From the NCBI GenBank assembly GCA_049515915.1, contig JBEKTP010000007.1, positions 2,401 to 66,400 on the forward strand: a DNA stretch of 64,000 nt. The letters are read 5' to 3'. Of this stretch, positions 50,067-59,128 are shown in pieces. The stretch is from Patescibacteria group bacterium (GTDB lineage: Bacteria > Patescibacteriota > UBA1384 > UBA12157 > JAENIV01). Under the pieces are notes generated by a model. That model saw nothing but the letters and a program-made list of their open reading frames with translations, was not told the origin of the DNA and did no database searches. The position numbers and the translations under genes were made by a program. The stretch's first letter is position 1. Each line of letters opens with the position of its first letter.

Positions 50067-51041
50067 TTATGCTATTTGTTTTGCTATTCTTTGAGCAATA
50101 TCGAGCGCCTCAATTGCTTCACGCGCCGTCACCATCGGCCGGGTATTAGTTTTAATCGCTTTAATGAAAGAGAGGATTTCGGCCTTTAACGGCTCGATAT
50201 TTTTAACGGTAATTGTCTTTTTTTTCTGATTGTCGCCAAATTTAATCAAGAAATCACCAAAATCATCATATTGCATTATCACATTCGATTCGTAAAACTC
50301 AATTTCCTGAGTAATGTAATTAAGTTCAACATAGGCTTTACGCCCTGAAACCGTTAACTTTCGGACTTTCAAAGGTGTGATCCAATTGCAAAACATCACG
50401 CCCGTACCCGAATCATAATCCAAAAAGGCTTCGACATGATCCTGGCAAATCCGATTAAGAACTTGACCGCCACGCGCCACCACATTTTTCGGCAGTTTGC
50501 CAAAAAACCAGTTCATAATATCAATGTCATGAACGCCAATATCAATGACTACATTTGTGTCTTTAATATGAAGAGGGGTTGGGCCTAATCTAAAAGTGGC
50601 CACGGAAACTATTTCCCCCAATTTTCCTTTGTCAATCATTTCCTTAAGCTTCAGAACGGCCGGATTAAAGCGTTCGATGTGACCGACGGTAAATTTTATT
50701 CCTTTCACCTTGGCCTTTTGAACAATTTTTTTTGCTTCCTCGACCGTCGAAGCGATCGGTTTTTCGATCAGAATATTAACGCCCTTGGCGATGCAATCCA
50801 AAGCGACCTGTTTATGATATTTGGTCGGTACGGCAATCGAAACAAGATCTAACTTTTCGGTTTGCAGCATCTCGTGATAATCGGTGTAACCTTTACACTT
50901 AAATCGCTTAGAAATTTCCTGGCTTTTTTCCTCATCTAAATCGGCCACCGCGACTAAATCAACATTCGCAATTTCCGAATAATTGCGAGCGTGATGTTTC
51001 CCCATGCTCCCAACACCAATAACCCCTGCGTTTAATTTCAC
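50067..51041 (-). CDS. Gfo/Idh/MocA oxidoreductase (WbpB-like UDP-GlcNAcA 3-dehydrogenase by context)
   Basis: GVGSMG, EKPIA, GHIERFNPA and DIGVHD. Confidence 0.9.
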   Translation of the reverse strand: MKLNAGVIGVGSMGKHHARNYSEIANVDLVAVADLDEEKSQEISKRFKCKGYTDYHEMLQTEKLDLVSIAVPTKYHKQVALDCIAKGVNILIEKPIASTVEEAKKIVQKAKVKGIKFTVGHIERFNPAVLKLKEMIDKGKLGEIVSVATFRLGPTPLHIKDTNVVIDIGVHDIDIMNWFFGKLPKNVVARGGQVLNRICQDHVEAFLDYDSGTGVMFCNWITPLKVRKLTVSGRKAYVELNYITQEIEFYESNVIMQYDDFGDFLIKFGDNQKKKTITVKNIEPLKAEILSFIKAIKTNTRPMVTAREAIEALDIAQRIAKQIA

Positions 51042-51194
51042 TCCGCCTCCTCTTAATCTTTAAATTCTGTTGTGATAGAACAAATCCCCTTCACCCCGCA
51101 TAAGACGCATCTCCCAATAACAGGATGTAATCCGTTTTACAGAAAGGAATTGTGCGGGGCCTTTAGTCCTAAACCCTTGCTTTTAATGTGGCAG

Positions 51195-51223
51195 AATTTA
51201 ATTCTTTCGTCAAATAGTGTCAA
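51195..51223 (-). promoter_or_regulatory. sigma70 promoter of the nucleotide-sugar operon
   Basis: TTGACA-N17-TAAATT on the minus strand. Confidence 0.6.
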
Positions 51224-51236
51224 GCTACCGCGTGAT

Positions 51237-51266
51237 GAGAAAGGGGCGGACTTCTGTCCGCCCCCT
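51237..51266 (-). terminator. Intrinsic terminator
   Basis: GGGGCGGAC-AGAA-GTCCGCCCC followed by TTTCTC on the minus strand, just after the 51291 gene. Confidence 0.6.
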
Positions 51267-51290
51267 GCGTTCCGATACGACTTTTGCCGC

Positions 51291-51752
51291 TCATCTTGCT
51301 ACCACCTCGATTGGTAGCACGCCGTTATGCTCGCTCACTAGTTTAGCTAGCGCGGCGCAGATTTGCTTATATTTGCCGCCATAGAGATCTGACGGCTTGC
51401 AGAACTGGGCGCCACAGTAAGAGATCTCAAAGATCGAACCGTCCTCGATGATCTCCAACCGGCCGTCGATACGGTTACCACTCGCCTCGTAGTAATCGAG
51501 GTACAGGCGCGCTCCCGCCCTTGGCAGCAAAACTACCGGCCCCGCGCCACTCTGTCCTTGGAGCGCGGACTGAATCGCGTCGAGCATGGCCTCGGGAACG
51601 GACCAATGGATGATGATCGACCATCCATCCGCACCCAGGACCGCCTTGAACGAATATTCCATTCCGCTCCTCGCGACAACTCCGTCAGCCCAACCAGCCT
51701 CGTCCGCCCTGTGAAACTGTCTCAGCCGCACGTCGGAAACTTCGCTCTTCAT
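51291..51752 (-). CDS. Hypothetical protein, GC-rich orphan
   Basis: SD AAGGAGG precedes ATG 51752. Has its own terminator and is visibly more GC-rich than its neighbours. Confidence 0.6.
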   Translation of the reverse strand: MKSEVSDVRLRQFHRADEAGWADGVVARSGMEYSFKAVLGADGWSIIIHWSVPEAMLDAIQSALQGQSGAGPVVLLPRAGARLYLDYYEASGNRIDGRLEIIEDGSIFEISYCGAQFCKPSDLYGGKYKQICAALAKLVSEHNGVLPIEVVAR

Positions 51753-51856
51753 CCTTGTCCCTCCTTGGTCTGATGCCATTCCGAAATAGAGCGTTTAAGA
51801 ATACCACAAACAATCAAAAAAAGCTATTTAGAGCTCTTCTAACAATATTTTACATA

Positions 51857-51891
51857 TAGTTTTAACTTTTGACTTTTTACCTTTAACTTAT
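51857..51891. repeat. Intergenic heptamer array
   Basis: tagtttt aactttt gactttt taccttt aacttat. Confidence 0.6.
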
Positions 51892-53226
51892 TTAGATATT
51901 CCCAATCCCCTTATAGATAAACCCAGCCTGTGTCGCCGCGGCTTTATCAAAAACATTGCGGCCATCAACAAGAATCGGCTTGGAAATTTTCATTAACCCC
52001 TTGAGTCTATTGTAACTCAAAATTTTATATTGGTCATGGTCTGTCACCAGCACTAATGCGCTCGCGCCTTTCACAATTTTAGCCAGCGAACCCTTAAAAG
52101 CTTTAACATACGGATCATGAACAACAACTTTCGCCCCGGCTTTTTCAAGGTAGCTAATTAACGGTTCGGCTGGGGTGTTCCTGATGTCATCAGAATTGCC
52201 GGCATAGGCAAATCCCAGCACGACGATTTTAGCGCCGACCATATTTTTGCTCGCTTCTTTAAACGCCTGCTTGACCAAATCAAAGGTGTGTTGAGGCATA
52301 AAATCGTTGATCTGGCGAGCTAAAGGAATAATTTTGGGGTCCATCAGATTTTTGGCGCCATAAGTTAAAAGCCATGAATCCTTGGGAATACAATGACCGC
52401 CCACGCCGGCTCCTGGTAAATGCATCTGACGTAACGCCTCAGGACGAGTTTCTTTGACCTTTTTACAGTCGTTGATTAAGGTGCGCACTTGCCAAACATC
52501 AGCGCCGAGAGCTTCGCAAAGCAGAGCCATTTCGTTGGCAAAAGCAATCTGAACATCTCGATAAGCATTTTCGCCGGCTTTGACAATCTCGGCCGTGACA
52601 GAATCGGTCTCGTCAAGTTTTCCTTTAACAATGTATTGATAGAGGTCCTTGGCCGTTTTAGTCGCCTCCTTACTCATGCCGCCGATCACTCGGTTGTAAT
52701 TTTGGATATTTTCGAGCAAGTGCCCAGGCATTAATCTTTCGGGGCAGTTGGCGAGAAGAAACTCTTCATTAACCTTTAAACCCGATTCATCCTCCAAAAT
52801 CGGCTTGACCAAATGAGCCATTGTCCCCGGGGCGATGGTTGATTCAACAATCACCAGTGTATCTTTGGTCATATTGCGGCCAATGCAAATAAGCGCCGCT
52901 TTCATCGCCGTATAAGCCGGTTCGTGAGTGTCATCTTGGACGGGGGTTTCGACCGCCACGATAATCACTTCGGCTTCCTGGTAGGCTTCCGGTTCAGTTG
53001 TCGCGCGAAAAGTTTTCTTCTGACGAACTTCCGCCATCAGTTCTTTAAGCCCCGGTTCCTTACCTTCGATCGGACATCCACCGCGATTGATTTTTTTGAC
53101 GCGCTCGGCTTTGACATCAACACCGACAACCGAAAAACCTTTTTTGGCAAACAACAAGGCGACCGGAAAGCCGACATAGCCCAAGCCACAAATCGCAATT
53201 TTAGTTTTAAATGGAATGATTTTCAT
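51892..53226 (-). CDS. UDP-N-acetylhexosamine 6-dehydrogenase (WbpA/WecC family)
   Basis: GLGYVG, ESTIAPGT, CPER, ENAYRDVQIA and GGHCIPKD. ATG 53226 preferred as start. Confidence 0.93.
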   Translation of the reverse strand: MKIIPFKTKIAICGLGYVGFPVALLFAKKGFSVVGVDVKAERVKKINRGGCPIEGKEPGLKELMAEVRQKKTFRATTEPEAYQEAEVIIVAVETPVQDDTHEPAYTAMKAALICIGRNMTKDTLVIVESTIAPGTMAHLVKPILEDESGLKVNEEFLLANCPERLMPGHLLENIQNYNRVIGGMSKEATKTAKDLYQYIVKGKLDETDSVTAEIVKAGENAYRDVQIAFANEMALLCEALGADVWQVRTLINDCKKVKETRPEALRQMHLPGAGVGGHCIPKDSWLLTYGAKNLMDPKIIPLARQINDFMPQHTFDLVKQAFKEASKNMVGAKIVVLGFAYAGNSDDIRNTPAEPLISYLEKAGAKVVVHDPYVKAFKGSLAKIVKGASALVLVTDHDQYKILSYNRLKGLMKISKPILVDGRNVFDKAAATQAGFIYKGIGNI

Positions 53227-53386
53227 ACAAGGATAAATTAAACATGATTGATGCAAAATGCAAGGTTAATAAGATGTATCGATATTATCCTTTAAAGCGT
53301 GAGTCATCAAATTCCCCAAGAAATCTCCGAGTTACAACCGACATAAAACTTCGGGGGAAAGATCGAACAGAAATTCTTTAGCCAGT

Positions 53387-54985
53387 TTAAATTTGGACAA
53401 GCTCTGCGCCGTCGTCGAATTTTTTGATGACTTTGCCATCGTGCCCGAGATCTCTTAAAAGCTTATCTTTAATTTCAAATTGGGCATATTTGGAGAAAGT
53501 GATCCCACTCGGGTTGCTTGGTGGTTTAACATCAATGAAAAGGAGGTTGATATTGCCATATTGATCTTTTACTTCGGTAAGAACCTTTTTGTAATCGTTT
53601 TCATTTTTCCGGTCGTTCAGATAAGCGGTAACGGTGTCGGCTTGCGCCGGCGTTAAATTAAGTGGCACTAAGTTATTTTTTGTCTTAATCGGCATAAAAA
53701 GATTGGCGGCTGGGTTAAATAAAATCGGTTCACTTTTAGGAATCTTTTCTGAAAGATAATCAAGCTTTTGCTGGTCTTTGGGCCAAAACCAAATCTGCCA
53801 GCTAAACGAATCCGGCAAATTGTCTAAGCCGGTGAAAAAAGCTGAGTTCATAAAAACAAGATAACCAATCAAGCCCAGGGCGAGGATGGTCTTATAATTT
53901 TTGATGACGATGTTTTGAGCGTTGAAAATATAATTTAATAAATAGGCTAGGCAGACCGTCAAAGGTAGAGCTAATTCCCGAGCAAAGCGCGCCGGCACAG
54001 CTGAAGAGGCAATTCGAGAGACAAGGTAGAAAAATAAAAGCCAAATAATCACCAGTTGCTTGGCGGCCGCTTCTTTGGTAGTGGTTGCTTTGCTTAAAAT
54101 AAGGCAGATAAATCCTAAAATCCCACCGTACCAAAGAATTCCACCCGTAACCTGCGGATAATCGTTATATGATAAAGCCGAATTAAGATAGGCATCTTGC
54201 AAACTCGGCCGATTGGTCAGCATTCCTTTAATGAAATCAAAAACAAACGCGCCGTAGAGCTTGTCGGCGATCAGCAGAATAACCAGTAGCGCCGCTCCAA
54301 CAATGGCAATATTTTTGATCTCTTTGGAAAGGTTTTGTTTTGTTTTCCGATTTTTAAAATAAAAGGAAAGCTGCAAAGCGCTAAAGACTAAAAGAATGGC
54401 GAAAACATTGATAAAGGTGAAATGGTGGGTAAGGGTAATCGCGAAAAATAAAATGATTGCCGCGATCAAATCCGCTCTTCTTTTTGAACTGACATATCGA
54501 ATCACAAAAGCAAAAAGTAGAACGGTAAAAAGTCCGTAAGCAAGCATATCGGGATAATTGCCATCAACAAAGGCATAGAGCGGATAATTTGAGGTCAAAA
54601 GTAAAACCAGTGTCGCCAGCACCGAAACTTTGGTGTCAAAAAGCTGCCTAAGAAGAAAAAACATTGCCAGCGACGGTAAAATGATGAGCATCGGCGTCCA
54701 AGTCGTTAAAATATGCCAAACATCTTGATGAAAAATTTTCGCGAGATAAAGGACGATCAAGTGAAAGAGTGGCGGGTAAGTTGAAAGATGAGACCAAACA
54801 CCACTTGAGAGCGCTTCGATAAGCTGGAAATGAGAAATCACGTCCGATCCCGGCGGAACAATATATTGATAATAAAAATAGCCAAAATAAACGATATATA
54901 TTTTTAGAGCAAATCCTAAAATCAGCAGAATAATAAAAAGAATATCAGAGAGCTTTTTTTGGGGGAATTTTTTTTCTTTGGGCAT
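53387..54985 (-). CDS. GT-C-like polytopic membrane protein
   Basis: PPGSDVISH, YPPLFH, GNYPD, LTHH and PARF. ATG 54985 preferred as start. Confidence 0.7.
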   Translation of the reverse strand: MPKEKKFPQKKLSDILFIILLILGFALKIYIVYFGYFYYQYIVPPGSDVISHFQLIEALSSGVWSHLSTYPPLFHLIVLYLAKIFHQDVWHILTTWTPMLIILPSLAMFFLLRQLFDTKVSVLATLVLLLTSNYPLYAFVDGNYPDMLAYGLFTVLLFAFVIRYVSSKRRADLIAAIILFFAITLTHHFTFINVFAILLVFSALQLSFYFKNRKTKQNLSKEIKNIAIVGAALLVILLIADKLYGAFVFDFIKGMLTNRPSLQDAYLNSALSYNDYPQVTGGILWYGGILGFICLILSKATTTKEAAAKQLVIIWLLFFYLVSRIASSAVPARFARELALPLTVCLAYLLNYIFNAQNIVIKNYKTILALGLIGYLVFMNSAFFTGLDNLPDSFSWQIWFWPKDQQKLDYLSEKIPKSEPILFNPAANLFMPIKTKNNLVPLNLTPAQADTVTAYLNDRKNENDYKKVLTEVKDQYGNINLLFIDVKPPSNPSGITFSKYAQFEIKDKLLRDLGHDGKVIKKFDDGAELVQI

Positions 54986-56144
54986 GATATTTTGATGAAT
55001 ATTGATTAAATACCGCGATGGTTTCAATAGCCGCTTTTTTCCAGCTAAATTTCTTCGACTGCTTTAAACCTCTTTTAATCATCTGCTCCGAAATTCTCTT
55101 TGAGGTCAAAACTTTTTCCAGCGCATGGGCAAGTTCTCCCTCGTTTGTCGGGTCAATTAAGATGCCGGCTTTCCCGATCACCTCGGGCAATGAAGATTTA
55201 TTTGAGCAAACGACCGGCGTCCCGGAGGCCATGGCTTCCAGCGGCGGTAAACCGAAGCCCTCGTACAAAGAGGGGTAAGCAAAAACGCTTGCCCTGTTAT
55301 AAATATAAGACAAGTCGCGATCAGGCACAAATCCTGTAAAAATAACCTTGTCGGTCAGATTATAATTTTCAATCGTATCTTGGAGTTCCCGATTATTCCA
55401 CCCTTTACCGCCGGTTAAAACGATTTTGTATTCCTGCTTCAAGCGATTGGGGAGAAGGCTGAAGGCTTTGATAAGGACAGGCAGATTTTTTCTGGGCTCG
55501 AGTGTACTGACTGAAAGAATGTATTTGGTCTCTTTAGGAATATATTTGGCAATAATCTCGTTGGTTTTTATGACATTCTTATTCACCATAAAATCTTTGC
55601 TGACACCCAGATAAACAACATCGATTTTTTCTTTTGGGATATCGAGCAGTTCGATTAAATCGTTTTTAGTTGACCGCGAAGAAGCAATAATCTGCTCGGA
55701 ATTTTTTAGGGCTATCTTGGTTCTTTTAAGATAATAATTGCTCAACCGACGGCCGCGATGTTCAGGATATTTCATAAAAACCAGATCCTGAATCGAGACA
55801 ATATTATGATCAAAACCTTTGACCGGTATGCCGGCGAAGTGAGGGGCAAAATACAAATCAAGATCTTCCTTGATAAAATTTCTAAGTGAGATAGGAAAGC
55901 CCGTCAGGAGTTCTTTCCATCGAGCGGGTATTGGAATAATTTTCACCTTAACATTGTTGTTCTTGGCTTCGGTAACCAAATCTTCCAAAATCTTACGCCT
56001 CTCCGGTTTTCTGATAAAACTCGCGTACAAAAAATAATGATTTATTTGATCAACTTTCAGAACGTTTTTGACCAGATTTAAAGCGTAGCGCCCAAACCCT
56101 GAGCGATCAAAAATAATACAATTGGCATCAATCCCAATCTTCAT
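54945..56144 (-). CDS. GT4 glycosyltransferase (MtfB/WbpY-like)
   Basis: MKIGIDA, STLEPRKN and [19 protein letters not shown]. Confidence 0.93.
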   Translation of the reverse strand: MKIGIDANCIIFDRSGFGRYALNLVKNVLKVDQINHYFLYASFIRKPERRKILEDLVTEAKNNNVKVKIIPIPARWKELLTGFPISLRNFIKEDLDLYFAPHFAGIPVKGFDHNIVSIQDLVFMKYPEHRGRRLSNYYLKRTKIALKNSEQIIASSRSTKNDLIELLDIPKEKIDVVYLGVSKDFMVNKNVIKTNEIIAKYIPKETKYILSVSTLEPRKNLPVLIKAFSLLPNRLKQEYKIVLTGGKGWNNRELQDTIENYNLTDKVIFTGFVPDRDLSYIYNRASVFAYPSLYEGFGLPPLEAMASGTPVVCSNKSSLPEVIGKAGILIDPTNEGELAHALEKVLTSKRISEQMIKRGLKQSKKFSWKKAAIETIAVFNQYSSKYHAQRKKIPPKKAL

Positions 56145-56165
56145 TTATATAGAAAGATATCATAA

Positions 56166-56257
56166 AAAGCGCAAAGCGCAAAGTTTAAAACTATGCAAAT
56201 CATAACCGACAATGTTTTCTTCCCGATCGTTTTGAGTTTTTAGTTTTAAGTTCTGAC
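56166..56257. repeat. Pair of inverted heptamer arrays
   Basis: aaagcgc aaagcgc aaagttt aaaacta ... tcgtttt gagtttt tagtttt aagttct. Confidence 0.65.
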
Positions 56258-57664
56258 TTATCTGACGATAATTTGCCAACTTATATCCGGTCCGAACCAC
56301 GTAATACCTTCCAAGACCGGTCGGAAGTGCTCAATATAGGTACCGGCAGTCGCCGGCGCGGTGATATCAAGCAACAAAGTGCCCGTTTGTCCAGGATAGA
56401 CATCGTCAATCAAGTGACCGCGAGCATTGGCGCCGCCGGTAAAGGCACTGCCTCGATCTTGCGGTGCCCAATCGCCCAAGTGAACGGGAAAATTACCAGT
56501 GGCAAACCACGGCTCGCTCCCGGTATTAAGCAATGTTACCGAAAGGGTAGCGCTATCGCCAGCCGCAATCGAAGTACCATATGAAGCAGGGCCCCGAACC
56601 GGACCTTGAGAGACATACTGACCAGAGGTTTGATTGCCCGCCATTTGCGGCGAGACAGTGTATGTCCAGCTCATTTCCTGACCGAACCAGGCCACATTTT
56701 CGGCCACCGGACGGAATCTTTCAAAATAAGTTCCAGTCTGGGCTGGGGCCGAAAAATTTAGAATAAATGTCCCAATTTGGCCCGGCGGCACGGTATCCTG
56801 AACCAAAATTCCTCTTAAATTTTGGTTGCCCATCATCGGACTCAAGCGATCATTAGGACCCCAAGTGCCAAGGTGCACCGGCGTGACCGCGTCGGTGCTC
56901 GACCACGTCGTATTGCCGGTGTTAAGAAAATTAACCCAAGCCGTGAAGGACTGGCCCGGCAGCAAGGCCGTGCCGTAGATACCCAGACCACTTCTCGGTC
57001 CCTGTCCAAGATATTGGGCATTAAAAACACCTTCGCCGCCCCAAAGCTTAAAATAATAATAGAAATTATAATTCCCCTGTAAATGGGGCGTGTAGCGGTA
57101 AAGTGCCGAGGTACTTTTAGTTCGAAAAGTGACCAGCTGCCCGTCAATCGTCATACTATTACCCACATTCCAAACCGAACCATTTTGAGCCCAGTTATCA
57201 TAGTTGTACCTTAGCTGCCAGGTCCCAAAATCAACCTGAATACCAAAACCCTTATATTTAACAATCTGTCCCGAATCAGTATAACCATAGCCCATCGCCC
57301 AATCGGATCTGGTTTGGTCAAAACTCGTCGAGGCAGGCCCGGTAATCAGACCCTGTTCTTTTTGCAAAGTCGCTAAAATGGCGATTGGATTTATACCGTA
57401 GGCTTGAGAAGCATTGTAAATCATGCCGGCCGCGCTGATGCCATTTTCCGAATAACTCTGCAAATAACTGCCCTGAGCAACCAAAAAGGCCTGAATGCCA
57501 GTTAAATCAAGTATATTGGTATTGATGAAAGCTTGATCCGAGCAAAGGTTGCCGGGATCGTAGCCCGCTTCCACTTTGGATGGTTTAACTAACGTTATAA
57601 GAGAACATGATAAAAGTGCAAATATTAATAGAACAATTTGATAACGAAAAGTTTTTCTGACCAA
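56258..57664 (-). CDS. Secreted protein with a lysozyme-like N-terminal domain and two NBR1-type Ig-like repeats
   Basis: Signal peptide (VEA); YGINPIAILATLQKEQGL and ALYRYTPH; two copies of NTG-x3-W...VHLG-x-W...PGQ...AP-x3-GTY-x-E-x-FRPV. Confidence 0.72.
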   Translation of the reverse strand: MVRKTFRYQIVLLIFALLSCSLITLVKPSKVEAGYDPGNLCSDQAFINTNILDLTGIQAFLVAQGSYLQSYSENGISAAGMIYNASQAYGINPIAILATLQKEQGLITGPASTSFDQTRSDWAMGYGYTDSGQIVKYKGFGIQVDFGTWQLRYNYDNWAQNGSVWNVGNSMTIDGQLVTFRTKSTSALYRYTPHLQGNYNFYYYFKLWGGEGVFNAQYLGQGPRSGLGIYGTALLPGQSFTAWVNFLNTGNTTWSSTDAVTPVHLGTWGPNDRLSPMMGNQNLRGILVQDTVPPGQIGTFILNFSAPAQTGTYFERFRPVAENVAWFGQEMSWTYTVSPQMAGNQTSGQYVSQGPVRGPASYGTSIAAGDSATLSVTLLNTGSEPWFATGNFPVHLGDWAPQDRGSAFTGGANARGHLIDDVYPGQTGTLLLDITAPATAGTYIEHFRPVLEGITWFGPDISWQIIVR

Positions 57665-57696
57665 TTACCCTCCTTGACTTCTATATCTATATGCAG

Positions 57697-57770
57697 AGCA
57701 TATCACAATCTGAACCGTTTGTCAAAAATACCCTCGCTGGCTTGACGATCCGAGCACGGAAAGTTATATT
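57697..57770. promoter_or_regulatory. Back-to-back divergent sigma70 promoters
   Basis: Minus strand: TTGACA-N17-TATGCT (57725-57697). Plus strand: TTGACG-N17-TATATT (57742-57770). Confidence 0.65.
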
Positions 57771-57845
57771 GTACTTAGGATAGTTTTTACTTCCTAAATT
57801 TTTGGAGTTAATGTTAATGTTTTTAAATTTTTTATGGAGGATTAG

Positions 57846-58226
57846 ATGAGCAATGACAAATCGATCACGGAATCAGGCGATTGGATGGAAACCTACGAAG
57901 GTCAGTTAGCCATTGATGTTTATCAAAACGATAACAACGTGATTATTAAAGCCCCCATTGCCGGTGTCAGCCGGGAAGATCTCGAAATTTCCATCACCGA
58001 CGAAGTCGTCACCGTCAAAGGCGAACGCAAACACCAGGGCGAAGCCCGTGAAAGTTATCTTTGCCAAGAATGCTACTGGGGGCCATTCTCACGCTCTTAC
58101 GTCTTGCCAATTGAGGTGATGGGCGAGAAAGCCCAGGCCTCACTCAAAAATGGCATTCTGACGATTACGATACCAAAAATCGAGAAGACCAAAACTAAAA
58201 CCATTGAGATAAAAGCGGAAGAATAA
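57846..58226 (+). CDS. Hsp20/alpha-crystallin small heat shock protein
   Basis: IDVYQ, VKGER, ECYWGPFSRS and ASLKNGILTITIPK. Confidence 0.93.
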   Translation: MSNDKSITESGDWMETYEGQLAIDVYQNDNNVIIKAPIAGVSREDLEISITDEVVTVKGERKHQGEARESYLCQECYWGPFSRSYVLPIEVMGEKAQASLKNGILTITIPKIEKTKTKTIEIKAEE

Positions 58227-58241
58227 TGTCAAGGAGTTTTA

Positions 58242-59111
58242 ATGAAGATTAGAAAGGCGGTCATCCCAGCCGCTGGTTATGGTACGCGCTTTTTACCCAT
58301 GACCAAAGCTTCCCCCAAAGAAATGCTGCCAATCATCGACAAGCCGATTATTCAATATGTCGTTGAGGAAGCCATCGCTTCGGGCATCGAAGATATTGTT
58401 ATTGTCACCGGCTCCAACAAACGCGCCATCGAAGATCACTTCGATCATAATCTGGAGCTGGAAAATTATTTAGAAAAAGCCGGCAAAACCGAACAGCTCG
58501 AAGAAATTCGCCGTATTGCCCGAATGGCCAACTTTATTTACATTCGTCAGAAAGGCCCTTACGGCAACGGCACGCCGATTCTCAACGCCGAGCCGATTAT
58601 CGGCAACGAACCGTTTGCCGTTTTATGGGGCGATGAATTTATTTACGCTGAACCGCCGCGACTCAAACAAATGATTGAGGTTTTCGATAAATACAATGAT
58701 CCGGTGATTTCGGCTGTCAGAGTCCCCCAAGAATATCTCAATAAATACGGCATTGCCAAAGTTAAAGAGGTCGAAGATAAGATTTTTGAAATTGAAGAAA
58801 TTGTCGAAAAACCCGAACCGGATCAAGCTCCATCCGACCTAGCCACCCACGGCGCTTATATTTTAACCCCCGATATTTTCGAGGCGCTGAAAAATCTTAA
58901 ACCCGGCAAAGGCGGCGAGGTTTGGCTGGTTGACGGCATTAATGCTTTAAAACCGAAGCATAAAATCTACACCAAAGAAATCGAAAACGGCAAGTATTAT
59001 GACGCGGGTAACAAACTGGAATATTTAAAGGCCAATGTCGAATTTGGCCTCAAGCGCGAAGATATTAACAGACCCTTTAAAGATTTCCTTAAAGGTTTAA
59101 ATCTCGATTAA
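58242..59111 (+). CDS. galU: UTP-glucose-1-phosphate uridylyltransferase
   Basis: KAVIPAAGYGTRFLPMTKASPKEMLPIIDKP, IEDHFD, VEKP and YDAG. Confidence 0.95.
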   Translation: MKIRKAVIPAAGYGTRFLPMTKASPKEMLPIIDKPIIQYVVEEAIASGIEDIVIVTGSNKRAIEDHFDHNLELENYLEKAGKTEQLEEIRRIARMANFIYIRQKGPYGNGTPILNAEPIIGNEPFAVLWGDEFIYAEPPRLKQMIEVFDKYNDPVISAVRVPQEYLNKYGIAKVKEVEDKIFEIEEIVEKPEPDQAPSDLATHGAYILTPDIFEALKNLKPGKGGEVWLVDGINALKPKHKIYTKEIENGKYYDAGNKLEYLKANVEFGLKREDINRPFKDFLKGLNLD

Positions 59112-59128
59112 ATTTCTAAAGGAGGGGA

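Noticed and set aside
51072-51317. 81 aa plus-strand ORF
   Set aside because: It runs antisense across a promoter, leader and terminator, with no SD or recognisable motif.
53312-53360. Imperfect hairpin upstream of the dehydrogenase gene
   Set aside because: The pairing is weak and interrupted and cannot be distinguished from chance.
26412-54975. A8/T8 homopolymers as phase-variation tracts
   Set aside because: Such runs are expected in Lys/Phe-rich, AT-rich genes. All frames are intact and there are no long G/C tracts.
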